Source of the DNA: Camelus ferus
Taxonomy: Eukaryota
DNA: 64,000 nucleotides
Direction of reading: 5' to 3'
Assembly (NCBI RefSeq): GCF_009834535.1
Contig: NC_045697.1
Coordinates: forward strand, 93,746,001-93,810,000
Shown: one piece after another, positions 12,921-25,320 of the stretch
Position numbering within the stretch: position 1 is the first letter of the stretch
How the letters are laid out: each line of letters begins with the position of its first letter
The notes under the pieces: generated by a model
Databases searched by the model: none
Seen by the model: only the letters and a program-made list of their open reading frames with translations
Told to the model about the DNA's origin: nothing
Program-made: the position numbers and the translations under genes

Positions 12921-15900
12921 TTTTTATGTGAGAAACGCACACGCACACAATTATTTCCACTTCTACTGCTGTAAATAAAAGATGCCATGCATTCAAGTCA
13001 GTTTGTTCACTGGAGCCATTTCACAGCCATTCATAGGGAGCCATTCTCCCTCCCACTTGCTTTGACACATATGGCCCTTTTTCTGACAACAGTCTTCTAT
13101 TTCTGTGTCCTACATATAAAGCCTTTTTACTGAGTATGAACTGAAATTAATTTTGTCTGCTGTTCCCCTAGCAAATGGGAACTCAGGTATTATTAAGATT
13201 TTGTTGTTGTTGTTCCAAAGGGTAGAGATCCGCAGATGTATTTTTTCTTCTATTTGAACACTGTTATCTTTCCCTTCAGTATGTTACCCCAAAGAAGAAA
13301 AAAAAAATATACATATATATAGGATAGTATTAGCAACACAGTCAGGCACCAAAATAATACTCTGGGGTCTGGCATGCTATGTCCAAAGTTTTTTTTCTTT
13401 TGGATACCTCTAATGCGCTCTCATGTCTCCTGATATGTCTGATGCAGCATCACACACATGCAGTCAGCACCAGGATATGTAGGGCAGTGTGGGGGTAATG
13501 TTATAACCCCTCTCATCTGCCCGTGTCCTTGGTCACATGTATCATTTCAGTGACTTTTCTAGCATATGTTTAGGGTCTATATATGCCATATGAAAAAATG
13601 TACAGAGTACAGACATGTAGAGGTTTTTTTTTTCCATATCAGCAAATATTAGATGTCCAGAGATGTGCAATTAATACAGAGGTAACTTTCACAAACATTT
13701 GTTCTATGGACAGGAACTTTTTCTTTTTTAATATGCAACTATTGGCCTTTTTTCTCTCTGTGCTAAACTGCAGTTTGATTATGTTCATAGATCTGGATTC
13801 AATATTTCCTGATTTGTATCACCCAATTTGGAAAAATTTTAAGGTACAAAACAAAGCATAAGGGAATACCCTGGGTATTTCCATGGAAGTTTCTTTAAAT
13901 TAGTTAATATCTGATAAAACTCTGAAGTTTCTATATTTTGTGATAATTGTATAAGGAATCTATGTTTAGTTTCAGCTATTTTTGCCTTCAGCATGTGGAG
14001 TATTTAAAATCTAAATTTGGAGTCAATGTATTATCTATGTTCATATGGCACAATTCTATTTTTCTGTATACCTTTCTGTTCTAGTTTCCTATTTACATGT
14101 AGAAATTGCTGTTTAAAGAAGTGGTGTCTCAAAGCAAGTTTAATAAAATCGTAAATATAGACGGACATAAATACGCCCAGATAAAATTGCACCTCAGGCT
14201 TTCAAGGAGTGTTGATTTATTCAACACTTCACTGCATCATCTAAGTAAAAAGAACATTTATCATATACAAACCATTTTTTTGTCTTTGTCTTAATTTTAT
14301 TTAATGAGACACTTTAAACAGTTATAATAGCCTTTCCTTCTAAATTTTATTTTAAAAGGTGCCTATTTAATAGAGATATTTTTCCATCGTGTAGGAAGGT
14401 GACACCAGGGCAAGATGAAGCAGAATATGGAAAGATGCTATAATATAATTTTCCATTGACACAGTGACTCTCTCTCTACAGTGTGCGGAGCAGTGTTATC
14501 AAAATCTGGCTTAAATGTAAGCAATGAAAGTGGAAAGTGCTGTGTATTTTTGTAGTGACAATAAAGTTTTTGGGATCGGGAATAATTAATTGTTTGTCTT
14601 TACAAAACAGCAGGAGTTCAGTTAGACAAATAACCAGGCTTTACAAGCCCTTGTAAAAAAATAAATAAATAAATGAATAAACTTACCAGCAACTACTAAT
14701 CTGAGAACAAAGACTAACAGTACTGTAAACAGTCTTTATGCTCACACATGCTATCACTAAAATGTTTACTTCTCTACAAACAGAAGTAAAGCAGCTTTTT
14801 GGTTAAATGTTAGCTTCTGTGAAAACAGGTACAAAAAGTACTTTACAACAGCAGATGTGCTTTACCTAACTTCCCAATGTGCAATATTACAATTTTGAAA
14901 ATACTACTTCTCCGAATAATTAATTACTACAATATACATATAAGATGTGATAAATAGCTATATTTAAGTAAATCTTTCTGCACACAGAAGCACTTCTGTG
15001 TTTCTGTATTAAACTTGTGAATAGATCACTAATATATTAGGATTTGGTTTTACCACCTCTCAACCAAAACACTTCAGTATAATTTAAATATATTTATATA
15101 ATATGTCAGCACTTAAATAGAACATTAGTTGAGAAGGAATTTAGAAAACTTATTCATATTCTGGCCTGTTCTGATTTAGAAATGTATATATACTTTCAGG
15201 AATGACTCATATCAGCTCACGTTTATCCATTGGTAGTGCAATCAAAAGAAAATATTTCGATTTAACTTGGTTTCAGTTTTTTTTTTAAGTCAGTGTTCGT
15301 CTTCTACAGTTCCATTTTCTTGATAATAACCCAAATACATGTCATTCTTCAGGGATGTCTTAAGTAATTAAGAATGTACTTTAACTCTTTTGATCTACCC
15401 ATGTAAAATTATATTTCTCTTGTACTTCAGTTCATAAGAAGCATTTTGTGTGAATGAATATCTGTACTTTAAGGTTTTATTCTATGGCATCCATGGACTG
15501 AAGTGTCATGTAGACTGGATAAGTAACGGTTATATGATAATAATTTTCCACCATAGACTCTTGGTAGAAAAGATTCTGGGAATCTTACCCATGTTTAGTT
15601 AATGGAAAATACTTTATCCAGGCAAATGCCAAATAGAGCTTATACATTTTAGAGAATGTGCCAAGTTCGGCTCCTACTGTTGGAAGAAACTAGACACTGG
15701 AGGGGTCCTGGTAAGGTGGATTACTGCAGTATTTTCCAATCTGGAGCCCTGAAGAAACCACAGGAATTTAAAGTTAGTCCCTTCACAGTTCCCTCCTTGG
15801 CCCTGAGTACCTTATAGGATTTTGAGCTACTGAACTAGCGTTTCCCATGCAGCCTTGGCGAGGACAGCTGAGAGCTAGGTCCTGTGCTCCGCAGCACACA

Positions 15901-18633
15901 CAAAGTCAGCTGCCTTGTATTTAAAACTGCAAGCAGATTGCTGGGTCCCCCAGAGCCAGAAAGCCCTGTATATGGAAAGTTTATGTGTCTTACAATCAAA
16001 ATATTGCTCAGCTATACCTGCTGGGAAAAGCTGAAAATCTATTCTGAGGCTCCCACATATCTGGTGAGTCCCTTGCTGTCCAAAATACATCTACCAAACA
16101 CAGTTCAAGTCACGCTTCAGCAGCCAGAACCCTTTGAGGTACCTGCTCCAGCTAGAGTCTTATGCTCTTGCTGACGGACATGTGGCTAAAAATTGTAGAC
16201 AGTAGTTGCCAAGGTCACCCTTACAGCCAGCACAATTTTCAAAGGTCCAGTCTCTCCTGAGCTCCCAGATGTTACTAAGGCCTGAGAATCTTCCCTGAGC
16301 CCTAACATCACTATGGCCTCTCCACCCTCGGTGTAGGTCATCGGAGAGCTCACGTGTCAGCTGCTTGCAGGCACTGTCGCCCTCCCCCTCTAGAAGGAGC
16401 TTTTTGAATGAGAGCAAGGCCACCAGGGGAGTGGCCAGCCTCTCAACTGTGCTGAGTCCACAGCCTTAAAAGTCTCCTACACACCTGTAGCAGTGCAGCC
16501 CTGCAAATACTAGTTTCTACCAACACCCTGGCAAAAACATCTTGCCACACATGGGATTCCAAACCCCAAAGCCACATGACCTGGATTCACTCAAAGCTTC
16601 TCGAGGTATCTGGTGGGCCTCCCTAATGTTCACTCTTATATACAAATATGTAAAGAGCTATGTGCTCAATACTGGGGTATTGAGGACCCTCAGAAATTGT
16701 ATACCTCTTTGCTGCCTAAATTCTGATAAAGAAAATGGGAATTCAGACTGGCATCCGGAAGCCAAACTGTCGCTTTTATTACTAATTAAGGCTAAATCAA
16801 ATAGAACTGCTTCCCAGAAAGGCAGATTTATCCATCTAGTGATGTAGCTAAACTTGCGTAGACCTCCACTTGCTAAGACTTGTCTACAGACAACCAGCGA
16901 CACGGATTTGGCAAAAACTCCTTTTCTATGTGCACATACTGGGTTCTAGGGAAGGAAAAAGAAAGGGCTTTGGCTAAATACATCCATTTTATTTTTCCAA
17001 ATACATCAATTAAATGGGGAGCCTCCCTTCACTGGATAGTTGCCAGTATTATTACCATCTTTCTCATGACCATGATAAACACTAGTGCAAAAAGAGAGGA
17101 GGAAAACAGTAATTTTTCATGTATTTTCTAATATAATAAAAATGTGTGAATTTCTTAAAAACTCCTACACCTTTGAGTCAAAAATTATAAATTCTCAACT
17201 TCCAAGATTATCTACCAACATAAGAAGTTTTGGAATTGATTCAAACCCCAAATGGTTTTGGCCTTCTGAGCTCTCGTGATAACATACAGGAGGCAGGGCT
17301 CACCTGTAGCAAAGTCGCAGATGTGCACTGGCTGCGCGACGTTCACCAAGCTGCAGGAGTCAAGCAACACACTCATCTCAGCCAGACTTAATGACCATGT
17401 CTCAGATTTTGCAGACCTCAAACACAGAAACTCTCACCAGTTCCAGCCTCCTCCTAATACTATGACAGCAAGTGGCACTGGAGATTTCCAGGGTCTATTC
17501 TGTCCTGGTGCCTCATCTCTTTGATCCCTTGATATCTCAAACATAAACCATAATCCTCACTACCTATAAAGTAGTGGAAAAACACAAACAAGTATTTCCA
17601 CTTTTCTCCTTCTTTACTCTTGCCTCCAAATATTCCTCCAGATTACAGCTGAAAAGTTCCAAAATCATTTACCGTGAATAAAAGAGCTAAGAGGAGAGCC
17701 TTTGTTCAAATATATTGAATATAGTCTTCAAATATATTCTGTTTTGAAGAGCTAATATCAAAGATTTTTCAAGAAATGTGAGATGAGTTAAGCTAAATTT
17801 TTGTGCTCTCTTTTCTTTAACTATAGATCACAGCATGATGAATAATAGGTTTCTGTTGCATTGGGCACTTGCAGCCTTAATTTGTGCTAATGCCCCTTAG
17901 AACACTGTAGTGTTTTCTATCTTACATTTAATGAAAACTGTGACAACATGCATAACATAGTTCTGCTAAAATCTGTGTAGTCTATTAATCATACCAATTA
18001 CTAATATAACCATTGACTCAAGCTCGTAATCTTGAATAAATGTGTCCAAGTAAAAATCAAGCTATGGATGAATTAGATCCCTCACTTTCCAAGGTGTGTT
18101 TTGAATAGGTGATTATATCTAGCTGTCTGCTTCCTGGCTGGAAGTTCTCAGGATTGTCTAGATTTACATAACAGTCCCCTTTGCTCATTATTCCCTCTTG
18201 GCTAATTGCCTCCTTTCCTTCATTTGTACTAATTAGGCAACATTTTGTTTAGCACATTAGCTTGAACTGTGTCACCAAGGTAAAACAGCTTTAATAAAGC
18301 TGAGCCATGCAACATTACTACTAAATTGTTGTTGATTACAAATACACCCTCAAAAAAGAATTTAAATGAAAGGTAATTAAATTAGGTAGAAAGACATATA
18401 TTTCCAGTTTTTTTTTTTAGGAATAAATTCCATTTTCATGTCTTTTCTTTACCTCTTGAGATATTTTCTATGAACTTTGTGATGAAATAGGCAATCTACA
18501 TCCCTGTAGATGCGTAAAAATCTTTGTGCTCTTAAAAACTTGGTCAAATTGATTTGTTCACTCTTTCTTATATTTCTTACTAGGTACTGTTGCCTCCAAG
18601 GTCATCAAAAATTATAATAGAGTTGGATAAGAC

Positions 18634-18652
18634 TGCTGCCATTTGGTGGCCA
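18634..18652 (-). promoter_or_regulatory. CTCF-like motif (one core mismatch)
   Basis: Minus strand reads TGGCCACCAAATGGCAGCA versus the CTCF variant TGGCCACCAGATGGCAGCA. Confidence 0.35.
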
Positions 18653-19356
18653 GATTGCTTCAAAAATTATAAAAGATTACCGTCCAATAAGTTCACTGTT
18701 CCACAGTTCTGCAAGCTGATCGTGCTGGTGTATTTATGACCATACATAGAGGCTCTACTGGATAGGTAAAGGGGGAGTTTCGCCTCTAGCAAAGAAGTTG
18801 AAGCTTTCTAAGTGCGTCTCTTCTGCCTGAAATAGTTCTTTTAGTAATTCCAGAGGGTAAGAGAAGATTCTGGTTCCATTATCTGTCGCTATCAAGATGT
18901 AACCCCTGCCATCAATCTATTGTTGGGAAGTGGCCATTCAGAAAGAACAGATGGTGACAACAGGCACAGGAGAATATGGGCAACTTCCAGGTTTCAGATA
19001 AATAGCATCACGAGTTTAGCTTTAGAAAGAGCTGAAGGGAACAACTACTCAACAAGGGAGGTAAAGCACACTCAGTGGGTCCATGAACAAAGAGAAGACA
19101 ATGGCTCAGTTATGGGTTTGCTGCCATCTCCTAACAGGAGAGCTCTCAGTTAAGGGGTTGCTGTAAGAAAAACTCAATGACAAGTTTTAATTTTGGAAGC
19201 ATATAATGTGGCTTTGTGTATTAAAAAAATAATAATAAATTAAGAAAATCATGGCAGCACAACTACAGCAGGAAAATTATTCTTTAAAATGCACAGCTAA
19301 GTAACTTTGGACAGTAGTGCTTAAATGGAAATATATTAACCCATAACTCATATTCT

Positions 19357-20420
19357 TTTTTTAACATTTTTTATTGATTTATAATCATTTTACAATGTTG
19401 TGTCAAATTCCAGTGTTCAGCACAATTTTTCAGTCATGCATGGACATATACACACTCATTGTCACATTTTTTTCTCTGTGAGCTACCATAACGTTTTGTG
19501 TGTATTTCCCTGTGCTATACAGTATAATCTTGTTTATCTATTCTACAATTTTGAAATCCCAGTCTATCCCTTCCCACCCTCCACCCCCTTGGCAACCACA
19601 AGTCTGTATTCTCTGTCTATGAGTCTATTTCTGTCCTGTATTTATGCTTTGTTTTTGTTTGTTTAGATTCCACATATGAGCAATCTCATATGGTATTTTT
19701 CTTTCTCTTTCTGGCTTACTTCACTTAGAATGACATTCTCCAGGAGCATCCATGTTGCTGCAAATGGCATTATGTTATTGGTTTTTATGGATGAGCAGTA
19801 TTTCATTGTATAAATATACCACATCTTCTTTATCCAGTCACGTGTTGATGGACATTTAGGCTTTCTCCATGTCTTGGCTATTGTAAATAGTGCTGCTATG
19901 AACACTGGGGTGAAGGTGTCATCCTGAAGTAGATTTCCTTCTGGATACAAGCCCAGGAGTGGGATTCTTGGGTCATACGGTAAGTCTATTCCTAGTCTTT
20001 TGAGGAATCTCCACTGTTTTCCATAGTGGCTGCACCAAACTGCATTCCCACCGGCAGTGTAGGAGGGTTCCCCTTTCCCCACAGCCTCTCCAGCATTTGT
20101 CATTTGTGGATTTTTGAATGATGGCCATTCTGACTGGTGTGAGGTGATACCTCATTGTAGTTTTGATTTGCATTTCTCTGATAATTGGAGATATTAGTGA
20201 TTAGTGATATTGAGCATTTTTTCATGTGCCTTTTGATCATTTGTATGTCTTCCTTGGAGAATTGCTTGTTTAGGTCTTCTGTCCATTTTTGGATTGGGTT
20301 GTTTATTTTTTTCTTATTGAGTCGTATGAGCTGCTTATATATTCTGGAGATCAAGCCTTTGTCGGTTTCATTTGCAAAAATTTTCTCCCATTCCGTAGGT
20401 TGTCTTCTTGTTTTACTTAT
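19357..20420 (-). mobile_element. Young 5'-truncated LINE-1 (ORF2 C-terminus + 3' UTR), camelid-like
   Basis: ORF2 C-terminus split over three frames: [35 protein letters not shown] motif [33 protein letters not shown]...ENVILSEVSQKEKEKYHM; A-tail near 19357; probable TSD at 19343-19356 / 20441-20453. Confidence 0.97.
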
Positions 20421-20837
20421 GAATGAATGCATGAATGACAATAACTATATTCTCAAAAAAAATCTTCATATCTGAAATAAGTAATGGATGAATCCTAATT
20501 TCATTATCAGAACTATAATATGTACCAAAGTTCATTTAGTCTAAAAATAAAGCATATTTTTAAAAATATCCTTGCCATTGAACATCTAACCAGTTTTAAG
20601 TGAATCATAGGAAACTCTTCACATCTCCATCACAGTTGTTTTACAAAGATAATTTTTGAGAGAAGTGTTAAGTATATTCATTATGCTAGCTCCTTCCCGC
20701 AGAATTCAGTAATTATTGCTACACACTGTGGCCCAGAAATGTGATTGCAATACTGCCATAACTTTAAAAATTGCTATAGATCATAGATCCCATCCTTATT
20801 TTAATACTGTATTAAATATTCCATACTTATAATCAAA

Positions 20838-20937
20838 CCTTTCTTTCTTTCTCTTTCTCTCCTTTTCTTTTTCTTTCTCTCTCTCTCTCCCTCCCTCCTT
20901 CCTTTTTTCCTTTCTTCTTCCTCTTTTTTTTTTTTTT
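20838..20937 (+). repeat. Polypyrimidine (CT/CTTT)n tract ending in poly(T)
   Basis: About 100 nt of C/T only. Confidence 0.9.
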
Positions 20938-23011
20938 GTGAGTATAGACTAACCCGGAGCTTAAAGTTTCTAAATGACTCCTCAGTCTAGCTAACTTTCA
21001 TCTTCTGTGACCCATGATGTCACCCCAATGCACCAAAATCTTCTAGGGATCCTGATTCACTCACCGTATCTGTTACTCCATGTCTCTTTCTCTATCCCCA
21101 CAATTGCTGCCAATATTACCCATGTTACTGACTGCATTTGCAAGTAGAATTATAGAGGTGAAAGAGCTAAATATTATGATAAATTTCTCTCTAGTTTGAA
21201 ATCAACACATAATTTCATACATATTTTTAGGAGCACATTATGTATGACATGAGAATTATGCAAATAGATATAACACATTAGGTTCCAACTGCATAAGATA
21301 AAATATAGCAAACATTTTCTGAACTCATCCAGACGCAGTTCACTGTAAGTGATGAAAACCTTTACTCCTGCTTGTAATAGCTTGTGATAAAAGCAGCTCC
21401 TACAGCCATCCACCTGTGAGCCTGGCATCACAGAAAGTGCATCTGTGTGATTCTCGGGCTCAAAGCCTCTTCTCTGCTACAGAGAAAATCCACGGCACAT
21501 GGTCGGGTAGTTCCCAACTCTAACCTCTGCTGTGAGGGGCTAAGTGCCTGGAATGAGCGGAAAGATACAACTTTCTCCCCCACACTACCATCCCTAGGTC
21601 CAGCCAAGCTGGTCTCTGAACAGTTGTCCCAAACCTGCAACTGACACTTGTGAGGTGCTACTCCTGTTCACATCCTGCTTCATTGACCCATCCTACCACA
21701 GCCCTCTTGCCTGCCTCGCACAGGAATGAACTGGAGGAAAACGAGAGCTGAGGAAAGAGAAGATGGCAGAAGGGTTTTTAATAAAATAGCGACTGCATGT
21801 GACAGAAGATGTAAGCCCTGGTTGGCAAGGAAACACCGAAAGATTGTAAGGGGGTAGGGTGAGAAGGTTGTTGAAAATTTCTCCTTCAATTCTTTCAGTG
21901 TTCATAAACACCTTTTCCTGTTTTGTTTTGTTTTAATATATTGTCGTCGTCTTCTTTTTTTGGTGGCTTGTTTGATGATTTCACCAGAAACTTGCAGGCT
22001 ACAACATTATAAAGTTGCTTGAAATCATCAGATATTAGCCGTTATTTAAAAGGATCTGTCACTCACACGTAATATTAAATCTCTGATCATATTTTATCTC
22101 CTCTAATAGTCGAACAATTTCTGAAGTAGTAAAGAATAACGACTTTTTAGCAGGAGCTGGATATGGCAGTGATTGATATATGTCTTTTCCTGGGCACCAT
22201 TATTATCACACTCTCATGCTAAGAGATTTTTGATGTCACAAAAACCTACAAGAACATCAGTTAAAACCCCCAGATTTCAGATAGTTTCATCCACTTCCTT
22301 GCACTCACCATTAAATATAAAGACCATTTACATATAAGTCCTTAGGAAATGAAGGCAACTGAACAAAAGCTGAGATCCAGATTTTTATATCTCTACCATT
22401 CATATCCTCTGCAGTACTCGATGCAATTATTTTAACAGTGAGTAATTAAGTGATAAAGATACGGTCTCAAATACGTATTATTCTGATGGGCAACAAAATT
22501 GCACAAATAACAGCTTGAAAACACTCCGTATCAAGAGGGGTATGTACAAAGAAATACAGAGGTAGGTTGATGAGGTAATTAATGAGATCCGGGGCGTGGA
22601 GATGAAAATGCACATCTTTGTGCAGAAGGTGGTACCTAGAATATAGTTTAAACATTGATTAGAACATAGTTTTTTGGAGGCTGAGGGTATTCATATATAA
22701 TCCATGCTCTTCTTTAATATGACAGTCTTACATAGTTGAACCAGCTCTTTTCTATAGCTGTTTTCTATAAATAAAAGTTCTATAAATGTTTTTGAAAGCA
22801 TTTAAAAAAGTCTTGAGGAACATTTGTATGTTATGCAAACTGAATGTTTTTTTAATTGGAAAATAAATTTAGGCAAATTAAATCTGTACTCTGGAAATAT
22901 TAATCCAAAAAAAATGAGATGAGTTCCCAGGAATCTTCTGCTTTTATTATTTCTATTTTGTGAAACTCTCTCCTTTACCTCTCCTCTTAGTAGAGTAGGA
23001 TTTGGCCAGAT

Positions 23012-23605
23012 ATGGTATGCAGAATTTTAATGAAGTCTCCCCAGATTTTTGTCTCTTGAGCTAGATACCACTACAAATGGACTTTGGTATAATTCATATT
23101 ACTAATTAGCTGACTTAAAAATTGACAAACTTTCTTGGATTATCTTGGTAGGTACCATACAATTACATGAACCCCTAAAAATGGAAGAGGAAGGCAGGAG
23201 AGATGAGTCAGAGAAATTTTAAAAAGGACAAGGAATTGACCTGCTATTGTTGATTTTGAAGTTGGAGAAAGGAGGGACATGACCAAGGAATGCAGTCCAT
23301 CTCCAGAAGCTAGGAATGATTGCGGGTTGATAGAAAAGGATACAGGAAACTCAGTCTTATAGCCCCACTAAAACATTCTGCCAACCACTGGAGTGACCTT
23401 GAATGCAGGGTCTTGCCCTCAGCTTCCAGAAAGGAATGCAGTCCAGCCAGCATCCTGATGTCCACCTTGGGAGACTATCAGAGAACCAGCTGAGCTACAC
23501 CGTGTCCAGATTTCTAGCCCATGTAAACTGTGAGATGACAGGGGGTGTCATTTTACACTGCGGAATCTGGACAAATTGTTACAGCAGTGATAGAAAACTA
23601 ATACA
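23012..23605 (+). mobile_element. MaLR solo LTR (MLT1D/E-like)
   Basis: GGAAGAGGAAGGCAGGAGAGATGAGTCAGAGA...CTCCAGAAGCTAGGAA...TTGTTACAGCAGTGATAGAAAACTAATACA terminus. Confidence 0.85.
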
Positions 23606-24197
23606 CCAACAGAGCACATTCTTCCCCTGCTCTGGGAACCACCTCCTTGATGTTAATTTTTTCTCTGTTAATCCACAGAACAAGGTTCTGATGAAAGCGA
23701 AGTGCCACTGCCATAGAAATGTAGGAGCAAGAGAATCATCAATGGTGTTGAGCCACGTTACTTTGAAATTTCTTCTTTCTGCCTTCTGGGGAGAAGACAA
23801 TTACTTTTTGTTTGAGAAAACATAGGTAGAGTGTAATGTACAATTCTGTTGTGATAATACATGTATCAACTTATTTTACTCTGAAGAATAAGTAATAAAT
23901 GGTTAAATGATCATTGATAGAGTATTAGTACTTGACTTAGAATACAAAAGGCTTTAAAGTGATGGTCCTAAATTTTTATATTTGTCTTTTAGATGAAAAA
24001 ATATGACCACAAATTTGGAGTTGGATTTGAAGATAGACTTGAAAAATTACTTCAGAGCAGTTAATTGACAGTCTTGACAGGAAACAAACTTTTGAAGCAT
24101 GTGAATCACTTTAGTCAGAGCACACCGTAAACCATGGAAAGACATCTCTCTCATTAGGATGGACTTTATCACACCAGACCTTGTAAAAATCTGCATA

Positions 24198-24526
24198 CAG
24201 TGGGCCCTCCATATCCACAGAGTTATGCATCTGTGGATTCTGCATTCTCAAATCCATCCAACCAAGGACTGAAAATATTAGGGAAAAAAATTTCAGAATG
24301 TTCCAAAAAGCTAAACTTGAATCTGCTGTGCACCAGCCACTATTTACATAGCATTTACATCATACTAGGGATTACAAGCAGCTTGGAGATGACTTAAAGT
24401 ATATGAGAGGATGTACTTAGGTTATATGCAAATACTATGCCGTTTTATCTGTGGATTTTGGTATCTGAGCAGGGTGGGTTGTGGGGGTCCTGGAACCACT
24501 CATCTGAGGATACTGAGGGAGGATTG
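24198..24526 (-). mobile_element. MER2 (TcMar-Tigger non-autonomous DNA transposon), full length
   Basis: Imperfect TIRs CAGTGGGCCCTCCATATCC / GGATACTGAGGGAGGATTG; TA dinucleotide on both flanks (24196-24197, 24527-24528); MER2-like interior. Confidence 0.85.
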
Positions 24527-25132
24527 TACCTGGTCTGCCCACTCTCTCTCTGGTCATTAAAAATTCTAAAATGACAGATGATTTTTTGTCTAGTCTCCAA
24601 CAGCTCCTCCTGGTCAAGAATTCTTTTTGTTTACAAAAATAGTGAACCTCACAATTTATTTCTTCTTTCTGTTGAATGAAATAATCAGTAAGGACAATTA
24701 AGATCTTGTTTGTTTAAAATAAAAATAAGCACTAGAAACCTAGACATGCTCTCTTAATATGATTTAACTTCCCATCTCAGCTTTTTCAGACCTTGGATTT
24801 CAGATCTTAATCTTGACTTTTAAATTTAATTCTGTTCTATCTCTCCAAATTTACTTCTTGTTGAATATCCCCGCTGCAACTCAGATGTTGGTGCTCATGT
24901 TTCCTACTTTGTGTTAACTTTACAAACAAGCTAAATTGACCCCTTCTGGACTCAAAGACATATCTGATTGCTCAGTCTAGTCATAATATGTCAACAAATA
25001 AATTTTAAAAATTTTCTGTAATGTCATCCAGAGTGATAGCTTTAATCAATTAATTTAACTGTTATTTAATTTGAAATTAGTTTATGTAGTTTTTAATGAC
25101 ATCTTCATCTTTAATTTTCAGCACCCATCTTC

Positions 25133-25320
25133 ATATGGTGAAGAGGTTTGTTCTAGAGCAAAATCGCCCCATTTCAGCTTCTACTTAGCATTTTTTGTGC
25201 CTTTATTTCCTCATTTGTAAGAGAATGACATTAATACCTATCTCGTGTGTTATTTTCAGAATTAAATACTTAATCATTACAAATTGAAGGGACTACAGTA
25301 AGCCTTGAAATGTTAGCTCT
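25133..25320 (+). mobile_element. MIR SINE
   Basis: MIR core-like GTGCCTTTATTTCCTCATTTGTAAGAGAATGACATTAATACCTATCTC. Confidence 0.65.
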
